A stretch of DNA of 64,000 nt from an uncultured Spirochaetales bacterium (GTDB taxonomy: Bacteria > Myxococcota_A > UBA9160 > SMWR01), in the NCBI GenBank assembly GCA_964653555.1, contig CAZZFT010000010.1:6389-70388 (forward strand), in the 5' to 3' direction. The first letter of the stretch is position 1. Each line of letters opens with the position of its first letter. Both the position numbers and the translations under genes were made by a program. The notes under the pieces were generated by a model that worked only from the letters and a program-made list of their open reading frames with translations, was not told the DNA's origin and ran no database searches. Below, in pieces: positions 51,362 through 60,042 of this stretch.

Positions 51362-52851
51362 GCTTGGCACCTCCCACCGTCGAAGAGGTGCGTGTGCTCG
51401 CGCGCGACCTCGGCCTCTCCCTCGGAGACGAAGAGATCGAGATCTACCGTCGGCTTCTGCTCGGCTCGCTCGGGGCTTTCGGCGCCCTGGACGACGCACC
51501 GTCGGCCCTGCCTCCGATCCCCGCCGGCCGCCGCTGGTGGGAGCCGACGAAGGCAGAGAACCCGTACGGAGCCTGGTACGTGCGCTGCGAGATCCGCACG
51601 CGCGACGACGGACCGCTCGCGGGCATGCGCTTCGCGGCGAAGGACAACGTGATGATCGCGGGCCTTCCGCTGCTGAACGGCTCCGCGATCCTCGAGGGCT
51701 ACGTCGCCGAGATGGACGCCACGATCGTCACGCGGCTGCTCGACGCCGGGGCGGTTCTGCTCGGCAAGGCGCACTGCGAGCAGCTCTGTCTCTCGGGCGG
51801 AAGCCACACGAACGTGCGCGGTCCGGTGCACAACCCCCGTCGCCGCGGCCGTACCTCGGGCGGCTCCTCGTCGGGCGCGGCCGCGCTGGTGGCGGCCGGC
51901 GAGGTGGAGCTGGCGATCGGCGGTGATCAGGGGGGATCGATCCGGATCCCCGCCTCCTTCTGTGGGCTCGTCGGCATGAAGCCCACCTGGGGGCTGGTGC
52001 CCTACACCGGGATCGTGCCGATCGAACCGAGCCTCGATCACACGGGACCGATCACCGCCGGCGTGCGCGACAACGCGCGCATGCTCGGGGTAATCGCGGG
52101 TCCCGACGGCATCGACGTGCGCTGCTCGGGCGTTCCGGCCGGCGACTACGTGGGCGCCCTCGAAGGCGGCGTAGCGGGGCTGCGCGTGGCGCTGCTCCGC
52201 GAGGGATTCGCGGTGCCGGGCACCCAGGCGCCCGTCGCGGCCGCGGTGCGCATCGCGGCCGATCGCCTCGCGGCGTTGGGGGCGCATGTCGAGGAGGTGT
52301 CGATCCCCGAGCATCTGACGGCCGGCGTCGCGGCCCTCCCGCTGCTCGTGCAGGGCATGTACCGCACCGCGCTGTGCGACGGCGGTCAGGGCATGGGCCG
52401 CCCCGACCTCTACGCGCCCGGCCTCCACGAGCGGATGTCGCGCTGGCGCGAGCACGCCGCCGGCTTCTCGCCGATCCTCAAGCTCGTCACGATGGCCGCG
52501 CACCTCGTCGAGAGCCGGGCCGGCTCACGCTACTACGCCCTCGCCGCCAACCAGGCCTGGCGTCTGCGCGCCGCCTACGACCGCGCGCTCGCCGGCGGAG
52601 ACGTACTGCTCCTGCCCACGACCCCGATGGTGGCCCCGCCGATCCCGGCGGCCGACGCGCCGATCGAGGAGCAGTTCCAGCGCGCCTCGGAGCCCACCGC
52701 CAACACGATCCCCTTCGACGTCACCCATCACCCTGCGATCAGCGTGCCCTGCGGCGAGGTCGACGGCCTGCCCGTCGGCATGATGCTCGTCGGGCGGCAC
52801 TGGGAGGAGGCGACGCTCTACCGGACGGCCTACGCGTACGAGCAGGGGTAG
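51358..52851 (+). CDS. amidase-signature (AS) family amidase
   Basis: 497 aa from the in-frame ATG at 51358 in track ORF 51055..52851. Has 'GMRFAAKDNV', the signature 'GGSSSGAAALVAAGEVELAIGGDQGGSIRIPASFCG' and 'DHTGPI'. Confidence 0.9.
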   Translation: MSLAPPTVEEVRVLARDLGLSLGDEEIEIYRRLLLGSLGAFGALDDAPSALPPIPAGRRWWEPTKAENPYGAWYVRCEIRTRDDGPLAGMRFAAKDNVMIAGLPLLNGSAILEGYVAEMDATIVTRLLDAGAVLLGKAHCEQLCLSGGSHTNVRGPVHNPRRRGRTSGGSSSGAAALVAAGEVELAIGGDQGGSIRIPASFCGLVGMKPTWGLVPYTGIVPIEPSLDHTGPITAGVRDNARMLGVIAGPDGIDVRCSGVPAGDYVGALEGGVAGLRVALLREGFAVPGTQAPVAAAVRIAADRLAALGAHVEEVSIPEHLTAGVAALPLLVQGMYRTALCDGGQGMGRPDLYAPGLHERMSRWREHAAGFSPILKLVTMAAHLVESRAGSRYYALAANQAWRLRAAYDRALAGGDVLLLPTTPMVAPPIPAADAPIEEQFQRASEPTANTIPFDVTHHPAISVPCGEVDGLPVGMMLVGRHWEEATLYRTAYAYEQG

Positions 52852-53510
52852 GCGCCCGCGGAGTCGCGGGCGACCGGCACGCGGGCGCGCCGGCGGGTCG
52901 CGCGACGGCGCAGCGCCAGGGCGATCAGACCGGAGCAGAGCAGCGGCAGCGCGGCGGGCTCCGGGACGGGCATCACGGACACGCCTGCTGCGGTGAAGGT
53001 CGTGTTCCGGCCCGAGCCCGGGGGGTCGACCATCGTCGCCGCAAGCGGCGTATTGCCCGCCGCGAACGTCGCCGTGACGACCGTGCTCCGGATCCGGTTC
53101 GCGTCGATGCGCGTGTTGTTGTCGTCCAGGTCCACGGTGAACGAGAAGGTGTCCCCGGGGTTGAAGCTCGCAAAGGTCAGCGTCAGCACCGTGTTCCCCG
53201 CGCTGAACACCGCGGCCAGGAAACCGGTGGCGGCGATGCTGCCGGGCGTGGGCGTGAAGGGCGAGCCGGTGGCGAGGCTGGTGTCGAAGGTGATCGGGAG
53301 CTGATTCGCAGTGCCCAGGTCGATCACCACCTGCACGATGTCCGACTGCGAGTCGGGGGTCGTGTTGGTGAGGACGAAGACGTCGCCCGCGCTCTCGCTG
53401 GCGCTCGGATCGTCGAAGGTGCCGAGGAACGCGATCGGAACGCCCGCAGCAGGCAGGCCGACGAAGACGGCGAACAGGAACGCGAAGATGGAGCGGTGGA
53501 ACTTGTCCAT
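52830..53510 (-). CDS. PEP-CTERM sorting-domain secreted protein
   Basis: 226 aa. N-terminal signal 'IFAFLFAVFVGLPAAG'. C-terminal 'VPEPAALPLLCSGLIALALRRRATRRRA' is Pro-Glu-Pro, a TM helix and an Arg cluster. It is followed by 17 extra residues that overlap the convergent amidase 3' end by 22 nt. Confidence 0.85.
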   Translation of the reverse strand: MDKFHRSIFAFLFAVFVGLPAAGVPIAFLGTFDDPSASESAGDVFVLTNTTPDSQSDIVQVVIDLGTANQLPITFDTSLATGSPFTPTPGSIAATGFLAAVFSAGNTVLTLTFASFNPGDTFSFTVDLDDNNTRIDANRIRSTVVTATFAAGNTPLAATMVDPPGSGRNTTFTAAGVSVMPVPEPAALPLLCSGLIALALRRRATRRRARVPVARDSAGAYPCSYA

Positions 53511-53704
53511 GGGGGATCTCTCGAGACGGTGAGCGCGGGCTCGCTCGACGCGACACTTCGTCGTGTGCTCATCCGATCGGCAGGCTGCCGGTTCGGATTG
53601 AGTTCACCCCGTCCGAGGCCCCGCGGTGGCGGTCGCACCCACCGGCAGGGGGAACGCTCAACGACCCGGATCTGTTCCGAGAAACCGCGGGGCCGCCTCG
53701 GATC

Positions 53705-54736
53705 TCAGAACAGGACGACCTCGTCGTAGCGGGGCAGCGTCTGGAACACGAGCTCCGGCTGCGCGGCCTCCTTCTCCTTCAGGAACGCGAGCGTCTCCTC
53801 CGTGCCCCGGGCCAGGAAGGCCGCTGCGCGCACCGGACCGGTGAAGGGACCCTCGATCGGCCCGGTCAGGCTGTCCCAGTGGATCGGGATCACGCGCGTG
53901 GGGTGCGTGCGCCCGATCGTCTCGCGCCAGTAGGTCTCGCGGTAGGCGGGAGTCTGGGAGCCGAGGCCGCCGGTGCCGAGGAACACCACGTCGGCCGAGA
54001 AGCCCTCGAGGCCGCCCTCGACGCAGCCGGCGCTGCCGACGACCAGGAACGCGCCGCGCGGATGCGTCACGTGCAGCACGTAGGCCTTGCCCACCTTGTA
54101 GTCGAAGACGCTCACCGGCGGCACGAGCGGGACACGGATGTCCGGGTCGCCGAGCGCGCGCTCGCGCAGCGCCGGATCCGGGAACTGGAAGTGCCGCGAC
54201 TCGATCGGGGTCACCGTGAAGCGACCGATCTCGATCGGCTCCCGGTCGCGCACGACCCGGATCCGGCTCTCCGGAAGCCCCCAGCCGCGGCCGATGTTCG
54301 CCGTGGACTCGGAGCCGAGCAGCAGCGCGCCGGTGCGGCGGGCCACCTCGGGCGCGTCCATCGCGTGGTCGTAGTGGGAGTGGACGGGGAACACCACGGC
54401 GAGTCGTTCGACGCCGTTTCGCGCCAGACCCCGCTCGATGGCGGTCGTGTCGGGCGCGATCCGCGAGAAGTAGAGCGCCAGGGGACCGGGGCGCGTGAAC
54501 CAGCCGTCGGTCATCCAGGCGGTCTCGCCGTCGGAGAAGACGAGGGTGGCGGTGCCGGTGTAGCGGACCGTCACCGAGCCGGGCGGGATGACGCGGCTGG
54601 CGGGAACCGCCCAGGCCGGATCCACGGGCGCCGCCACGTAGGTGTTCAGGAAGATCCAGGCCACTCCACCGAGCGCGAGGAGCAACGCGGCGACGGCGAT
54701 CGCCACTGCTCGCAGCCGCGCGGGTCGCTTGCTCAC
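53705..54736 (-). CDS. membrane-anchored metallo-beta-lactamase-fold hydrolase
   Basis: 343 aa. The GTG overlaps the upstream stop (GTGA). N-terminal anchor 'LRAVAIAVAALLLALGGVAWIF'. Metal motif 'VHSHYDHAMD'. Confidence 0.85.
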   Translation of the reverse strand: MSKRPARLRAVAIAVAALLLALGGVAWIFLNTYVAAPVDPAWAVPASRVIPPGSVTVRYTGTATLVFSDGETAWMTDGWFTRPGPLALYFSRIAPDTTAIERGLARNGVERLAVVFPVHSHYDHAMDAPEVARRTGALLLGSESTANIGRGWGLPESRIRVVRDREPIEIGRFTVTPIESRHFQFPDPALRERALGDPDIRVPLVPPVSVFDYKVGKAYVLHVTHPRGAFLVVGSAGCVEGGLEGFSADVVFLGTGGLGSQTPAYRETYWRETIGRTHPTRVIPIHWDSLTGPIEGPFTGPVRAAAFLARGTEETLAFLKEKEAAQPELVFQTLPRYDEVVLF

Positions 54737-55593
54737 GCGCGCGGCCCGCCGCGCTCGGCGCGGCGGCAGAGGATCGTGCGCACCGGGATCCCGGCGCGGT
54801 CCTCGAGCACCTCGAAGCCGCGCTCCGCAAGCCAGGCGTGCGTGTCGCGGCGGTGCCAGGCGTCGACGAAGGGCTCGTAGAGCGCACGCGCCAGCAGCCG
54901 GAAGTACACCGCCCGCGGGCCGTGGCGCAGCGCCAGGCGCAGCGCACCCAGTCGGTACTGCTCGGGGGAGGGCTCGACGATCGCGAGCCGTCCGCCCGCG
55001 CGCAGGATCCGCGCGAGCTCGTCGAGGGCGCGGTCGGCGGCGGGCGGGGGGATCTCGTGGAAGACGAAGCAGCAGGCGACGCCGTCGAAACGCTCGTCTT
55101 CGAATCCCGTGTCCTCCGCGAGGCCCTGCACGAAGCGCGCGTGCGGAACGCGAAGGTGGGCGTGGCGGAGGAGGTAGGGGGAGGGATCGAGGCCCCAGAC
55201 CTCGCCGATGTCCTGCTCCACCAGCGCCTCGGTTGAGGCTCCGCCACCGCAGCCCACGTCGAGCACCGCGTCGCAGCCGGCGAGCGACCGGGCCATCCCG
55301 CCGCGCGCTGGGCCCATCGTTCCCAGCATCGCGAGATCGAAGCCGGTCGTGTAGCCGCGCGTCAGTCCATTGGAGTAGTTCCCGTTCGGGACGTTGTGGA
55401 ACTCCTGGAGCGCGTAGCGGGGAATCTCCACCGACAGCGGCAGGGCCTCGGGAAGCTCGACCCGCGAGTGGCGGCCGTCGAAGGCGCTAAGCAACAGGCG
55501 GCAGGCCCCGCGCCAGCCCACCCCCTCGCGATCGGTCCACGTGTCGGGAAGCTCGATCTCGGACCAGGGGACCGCGACCGGATCCGCGCTCAC
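54733..55593 (-). CDS. class I SAM-dependent methyltransferase
   Basis: 286 aa from the GTG at 55593, 10 nt after the frdD stop. The track start at 55653 would overlap frdD by 50 nt. SAM motif I 'VLDVGCGGGAST', plus 'FDGVACCFVFHEI' and 'LRAGGRLAIVEP'. Confidence 0.8.
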   Translation of the reverse strand: MSADPVAVPWSEIELPDTWTDREGVGWRGACRLLLSAFDGRHSRVELPEALPLSVEIPRYALQEFHNVPNGNYSNGLTRGYTTGFDLAMLGTMGPARGGMARSLAGCDAVLDVGCGGGASTEALVEQDIGEVWGLDPSPYLLRHAHLRVPHARFVQGLAEDTGFEDERFDGVACCFVFHEIPPPAADRALDELARILRAGGRLAIVEPSPEQYRLGALRLALRHGPRAVYFRLLARALYEPFVDAWHRRDTHAWLAERGFEVLEDRAGIPVRTILCRRAERGGPRA

Positions 55594-55603
55594 GCGTCGT
55601 ACG

Positions 55604-55963
55604 CTACAGCCGCACCACGGCGACGATCGCGAGCAGGCTCCCGAGCGCCGCAATGCCGTAAAGGAGCGGCGCCACCACGGTATCGCGATCGAGACCGCCC
55701 ATGTCGAGGGACACGTGGCGCATGTGATGCGCCCCCTTCCACAGCGGCAGTGCGATGAGCGCCAGCAGCACCAGGCGTCCGATCAGGTTGGCCCCCAGCG
55801 CGTGGGCGCGATCGTAGGAGAGCGCATCGGCGGGCACGATGCCCAGCGGGATGCCCACGCCCACGACCGCGAGCCAGGCGGTGAGCAGCATCGTGCCGAT
55901 CATGATCCCCTGGCCGAAGAGCAGCCAGATCACGGGCTCGAGCTTCAGCAACAGCTCCTTCAT
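55604..55963 (-). CDS. frdD: fumarate reductase membrane anchor subunit D
   Basis: 119 aa with three hydrophobic helices. 'EPVIWLLFGQGIMIGTMLL' resembles the E. coli FrdD N-terminus. The ATG overlaps the frdC stop. Confidence 0.85.
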   Translation of the reverse strand: MKELLLKLEPVIWLLFGQGIMIGTMLLTAWLAVVGVGIPLGIVPADALSYDRAHALGANLIGRLVLLALIALPLWKGAHHMRHVSLDMGGLDRDTVVAPLLYGIAALGSLLAIVAVVRL

Positions 55964-56403
55964 CAGAAGATCCCTCCCGCGAGCACCAGGGCGAGCCCAC
56001 CTGACACGGCGACCCAGATCACGTAGAGCATGACGTGCAGGACCGGCTGCGGCGGTGGCTTTGCCGGGCCGATCTTCGCGGGCTGGGCCTTCGGGAACAG
56101 CCGGAAGAAGCGCACGCCGACGAAGATCACCGCCGCCAGGGTGACGAGGTGGAAGAGCACGTAGAGCGGGTGCGCGAGCTGGGTCATCACGCTCTGCCAG
56201 GCCGCGGGCCCGCTGCCGAGCGCCCAGATCACGCGTAGGGCGACGAGGCCCGCGAGCAGGTACAGGGCGCCGGTCGCGCCGAACAGGGTGTAGGTGAAGT
56301 AGCGGCCCGAGAGCGGGAACTGGGCGGGCATCATCGGAGCCGCCGTGCGGGTCCGCCCGGGCCGGGTGGGAGCCATCGCGTGGGGATGCGAGGCGCGCGC
56401 CAT
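55963..56403 (-). CDS. frdC: fumarate reductase membrane anchor subunit C
   Basis: 146 aa from the ATG at 56403, 2 nt after the frdB stop. Three TM helices. 'GPAAWQSVMTQLAHPLYVLFHLVTLAAV' parallels E. coli FrdC '[28 protein letters not shown]'. Confidence 0.8.
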   Translation of the reverse strand: MARASHPHAMAPTRPGRTRTAAPMMPAQFPLSGRYFTYTLFGATGALYLLAGLVALRVIWALGSGPAAWQSVMTQLAHPLYVLFHLVTLAAVIFVGVRFFRLFPKAQPAKIGPAKPPPQPVLHVMLYVIWVAVSGGLALVLAGGIF

Positions 56404-56405
56404 GG

Positions 56406-57149
56406 CTACTTGCCTCCGCGCGGCACGACGAAGCTCGTGGCCCAGTCGATCACCGCGTTGATCTTCGACTGGTTCACGGCCGCGGCCGGGTCGACGTGCT
56501 TCGGGCACACCTCGCTGCACTCGTTGGCGTAGGAGCAGGCGAAGACCGTCCCCTCGCCGCGGAACACCTCGTTGCGCTCGTGCTGCCCTTCGTCGCGGGA
56601 GTCCATGTTGTAGCGGTGGCCGAGCGCGATCGCGGCCGGTCCGAGGAACTCGGGCTCGTTGCCGACGACCGGGCAGGCCGAATAGCAGAGCATGCAGTTG
56701 ATGCACATGCTGAACTGGCGGAAGTACTCGAGCTCCTCGGGAGACTGGCGATAGGTGCCCTCTTCCACCGCCTTCTCCTTGGCGACGATGATCCAGGGCT
56801 TGACCTTCTGCAGCTTCTCCATGAAGCCGTCCAGATCGATCACGAGATCGCGCACCACCGGGAAGTTCGCGAGGGGGGCGACGTCGACCTTGTCGCCATA
56901 GTTGGAGAGCGGGTCCTTGCAGGTCAGCGACGGCTTTCCGTTCACCATCATCCCGCAGCTCCCGCACACCGCCATCCGGCACGACCAGCGATGGGAGAGC
57001 GAGCCGTCGAGCTCGTCCTTGATGTAGTTGAGCCCGTCGAGCACCTTCCAGTCGGGCTGGACCGGCACCTCGTAGCTCTGCTTGCGCGGCGCCTCGTCCC
57101 GGTCGGGATCGAAGCGGGTGACGACGAAGGTCTTCCTGTTCTCGGCCAT
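56406..57149 (-). CDS. frdB: fumarate reductase iron-sulfur subunit
   Basis: 247 aa. [2Fe-2S] 'SHRWSCRMAVCGSCGMMVNG'. [4Fe-4S]/[3Fe-4S] 'CINCMLCYSACP' and 'CSYANECSEVCPKHVDPA'. Closely parallels E. coli FrdB. Confidence 0.93.
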   Translation of the reverse strand: MAENRKTFVVTRFDPDRDEAPRKQSYEVPVQPDWKVLDGLNYIKDELDGSLSHRWSCRMAVCGSCGMMVNGKPSLTCKDPLSNYGDKVDVAPLANFPVVRDLVIDLDGFMEKLQKVKPWIIVAKEKAVEEGTYRQSPEELEYFRQFSMCINCMLCYSACPVVGNEPEFLGPAAIALGHRYNMDSRDEGQHERNEVFRGEGTVFACSYANECSEVCPKHVDPAAAVNQSKINAVIDWATSFVVPRGGK

Positions 57150-58865
57150 CTAGTACTTCCGCTCCTCCGGCACCCACTTGCCCAGCGTCACGTCCTTGCG
57201 ACCCAGCCGCGGACCCGCGGCGTCGTAGTAGCAGAGCGTGTGGTAGAGATAGTTGTGGTCGTCGCGCGTCGGGGCGTCGCGCCGGGTGTGCGCGCCGCGC
57301 GACTCGCGTCGGTGGGCTGCCGACACCGCGAGCGCCTCGGCCACCTCGAGCATGTTGTCGAGCTCGAGCGCCGCCGTGATCTCGGTGTTGAACACGGTGC
57401 TCGAGTCCTCGAGTCGGACCTCGCTCATGCGCTGCTTGAGCTGGGCGAGGGTGCGCACGGTCTCGTCCATCGAAGCCTGCTCTCGGTAGACGCCGCAGCC
57501 GCTCTCCATGGTCCGATTCAGTTCGCGCCGCAGCTGGGAGAGCTTCTCGCTTCCGCTCCGGGCGTCGCGCGCCGACGCCAGCCGCGCCGATTCCTCCTCG
57601 GCCTGCTGGCGGCTCGCGGCCTCGCCGCCGGCGTCGGTGCCGGCGGCGTAGCGGACGGCCTCGCGCCCGGCGCGGGCGCCGAACACCAGACACTCGGTGA
57701 GCGAGTTCGAGCCCAGGCGGTTGGCGCCGTTGAGCGAGACGCACGCGACCTCGCCCGCGGCATAGAGACCGGGGAGCGAGGTCGCCCCGTCGATGTCCGT
57801 GTCGACGCCGCCCATCATGTAGTGCACCACGGGGCGGATCGGAATCGGCTCGTACACCGGATCGACGCCCGCGTAGATCTTCGCGAGCTCGCGCACCATC
57901 GGCAGCTTCTTGTCGATCGCGGCCTCGCCGAGGTGGGTGAGGTCGAGGTGCACGTACTCGCCGTAGGGCCCCTTCACGCCGCGGCCGGCCTCGATCTCCT
58001 GGACGATCGCGCGCGAGATCATGTCGCGCGGACCGAGCTCGGCTTTCGTGCCGACGCCGTAGTCGCGCGTCACCAGGAAGCGCTCACCTTCGGCGTTCTT
58101 CAGGTGGCCGCCCTCACCGCGGGTCGCCTCGGTGATCAGGATGCCGGTCCCCGGCAGCCCGGTCGGGTGGTACTGGACGAACTCCATGTCCTTGAGCGGC
58201 ACGCCGGCGCGGTAGGCGAGCGCCATCCCGTCGCCGGTCTTGATGTTCCCGTTGGTGGTGAAGGGGAAGATCTTCCCCGCACCACCGGTGGCGAGGATCA
58301 CCGCCCGACCGAGGATCGCTCGCACGACGCCTTCCCGGACGTCGAGCGACGCGACGCCCCGCACGGCGCCGCCGTCCACCAGGAGCTTGGTGACGAACTG
58401 CTCGTCGTAGCGGACGATCCGATCGAAGCGCAGCGAGTGCTGGAACAGCGAGTGGAGCATGTGGAAGCCGACCTTGTCGGCGGCGTACCAGGTGCGCTTC
58501 GTGCTCATCCCGCCGAAGGCGCGCGTCGCAACGGTGCCGTCCTCGTTGCGGCTCCAAGGACAGCCCCAGTGCTCGAGCAGCGTGAGCTCCTTCGGCGCCT
58601 GCTCGACGAAGTACTGGATCACGTCCTGGTCGCCGAGGAAATCGGAGCCCTTGACGGTGTCGTAGCCGTGCATTTCGAGGCTGTCGTCGGAGCGCGCCAC
58701 GGCGGCGGCTCCGCCCTCGGCCGACACGGTGTGGCTCCGCATCGGGTAGACCTTCGAGACCATGGCGACGGAGGCGTCGGGCGAGGCCTCGACGGCGGCG
58801 ATGGCGGCGCGGATTCCCGCGCCCCCCCCGCCGACGATGACGATGTCGTGACGGATGACTTCCAC
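57150..58865 (-). CDS. frdA: fumarate reductase flavoprotein subunit
   Basis: 571 aa from the GTG at 58865. Has 'DIVIVGGGGAGIRAAIAA', the covalent-FAD His context 'YPMRSHTVSAEGG', then 'MEFVQYHPTGLPGTGILITE', 'HYMMGG' and 'GANRLGSNSL'. Collinear with E. coli FrdA. Track ORF 57150..60023 is an artefactual extension. Confidence 0.93.
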   Translation of the reverse strand: MEVIRHDIVIVGGGGAGIRAAIAAVEASPDASVAMVSKVYPMRSHTVSAEGGAAAVARSDDSLEMHGYDTVKGSDFLGDQDVIQYFVEQAPKELTLLEHWGCPWSRNEDGTVATRAFGGMSTKRTWYAADKVGFHMLHSLFQHSLRFDRIVRYDEQFVTKLLVDGGAVRGVASLDVREGVVRAILGRAVILATGGAGKIFPFTTNGNIKTGDGMALAYRAGVPLKDMEFVQYHPTGLPGTGILITEATRGEGGHLKNAEGERFLVTRDYGVGTKAELGPRDMISRAIVQEIEAGRGVKGPYGEYVHLDLTHLGEAAIDKKLPMVRELAKIYAGVDPVYEPIPIRPVVHYMMGGVDTDIDGATSLPGLYAAGEVACVSLNGANRLGSNSLTECLVFGARAGREAVRYAAGTDAGGEAASRQQAEEESARLASARDARSGSEKLSQLRRELNRTMESGCGVYREQASMDETVRTLAQLKQRMSEVRLEDSSTVFNTEITAALELDNMLEVAEALAVSAAHRRESRGAHTRRDAPTRDDHNYLYHTLCYYDAAGPRLGRKDVTLGKWVPEERKY

Positions 58866-58964
58866 CAGATCGCAACCTCGATGGGATGGGCGCCGCGCCG
58901 GATCTCGTCCGCTTCGCGACGGGGGACTCGACAGGGGGTCTCGGGCCCGGTGGGGGCCGCTCCC

Positions 58965-58992
58965 GTAATAACGAATCTCGGGTACTTGCGAA
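58965..58992 (-). promoter_or_regulatory. weak candidate promoter for frdABCD
   Basis: The minus strand reads TTCGCA (58992-58987), then 16 nt, then TATTAC (58970-58965), in the slightly AT-richer stretch 'cccgtaataacgaatctcgggtacttgcgaaagc'. It lies about 100 nt upstream of the frdA GTG. Confidence 0.25.
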
Positions 58993-59026
58993 AGCGGAGG
59001 CGGGCGAAAGCGCCGTGCCGCCCGGG

Positions 59027-60040
59027 TCAGCCAGCCGACACGGGAACGGGCAGCGCCGGCTCCTGCTGAGAGAGGCAGTGGATCGCCCCGAGCCCGAGGA
59101 CCAGCGTCGAGCAGGGCACGCCGACCACGTCGCGTCCGGGTAGCAGGTCGCGCATCACGGCTAGGGCCCGCTCGTCCGAGGACGCGCCGAAGACGGGGAC
59201 CAGCGCGACGCCGTTGGCCAGGTAGAAGTTGGCGTAGCTCGCGGGACACGGCTGGCCGTCGACACAGTGGACCGGAGGTATCGGCAGGTCGTGCACCTCC
59301 AGGCCGGCGGCGACCAGCCGGCGTCGGTTCTCCGCGAGCATCGGCGCATCCGGACCCGAGGAAGAAGTGGCCGCCACCACGACTCCCGGCGCGACGAAGC
59401 GCGCACAGTCGTCGATGTGCCCGTCGGTGTCGTCGGACTCGATCCCTCCGGCCAGCCAGACGACGCGCCGGGCCCCGAGCCAGCGCCCGAGGCGCTTCTC
59501 CATCTGCTCGTGGCGGCGCGCCGGCTTCTCGCGGTTGGGGTTGAGGAGACACGACTCGGTGGTCAGGATCACCCCCTGCCCGTCGCCGTCGATCGATCCG
59601 CCCTCGAGCACGAAGCCCGGCGTCTTGCACGGGATTCCCGCCAGCGCCGCGACGCGCGCGCCGAGCGCCGCATCGAGGTCCCACGGCGGATACTTCCCGC
59701 CCCAGGCGTCGAAGCCGAAGTCCAGGGCCACGCGCTGGCCGATCTCGTCGACGGCGAAGATCGGCGCGCTGTCGCGCAGCCAGGAGTCGTTGGTCGGCAG
59801 CAGATGGAGGCGGACGTCCGCGTCGGGATCGACACCGACCGCGCGCAGGCGTGCCCGGACGTCGGCCGCGGTCGCCTCGTCCGGCACCAGGAGCTCGACG
59901 CTCTCGCGCCCCGCGAGCGCACGCACGATCTCGCCGTACTCGCTGCGGGCGGCCTCGAGGTGCCCCGGCCAGGTCTCCGGGTTGTGCGGCCAAGAGAGCC
60001 AGGTCGCCCGGTGGGGCTCCCATTCCGCGGGCCAGCGCAC
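59027..60040 (-). CDS. aguA: agmatine deiminase
   Basis: 337 aa, GTG start. Has 'WPAEWEPH', 'TNDSWLRDSAPIF', 'DTDGHIDD' and the catalytic Cys context 'GLGAIHCLSQQEP'. Confidence 0.9.
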   Translation of the reverse strand: MRWPAEWEPHRATWLSWPHNPETWPGHLEAARSEYGEIVRALAGRESVELLVPDEATAADVRARLRAVGVDPDADVRLHLLPTNDSWLRDSAPIFAVDEIGQRVALDFGFDAWGGKYPPWDLDAALGARVAALAGIPCKTPGFVLEGGSIDGDGQGVILTTESCLLNPNREKPARRHEQMEKRLGRWLGARRVVWLAGGIESDDTDGHIDDCARFVAPGVVVAATSSSGPDAPMLAENRRRLVAAGLEVHDLPIPPVHCVDGQPCPASYANFYLANGVALVPVFGASSDERALAVMRDLLPGRDVVGVPCSTLVLGLGAIHCLSQQEPALPVPVSAG

Positions 60041-60042
60041 CC

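Noticed and set aside
55594-55653. Track start at 55653 for the methyltransferase downstream of frdD
   Set aside because: It would overlap frdD by 50 nt and add a Cys/Ser/Arg-rich peptide. The GTG at 55593, 10 nt after the frdD stop, fits operon geometry.
55604-58865. Calling the four-gene respiratory cluster succinate dehydrogenase (sdhCDAB)
   Set aside because: The gene order is flavoprotein, Fe-S subunit, then two small anchors, which is the frd order. The A, B, C and D sequences run collinear with E. coli FrdABCD motifs rather than with SdhCDAB.
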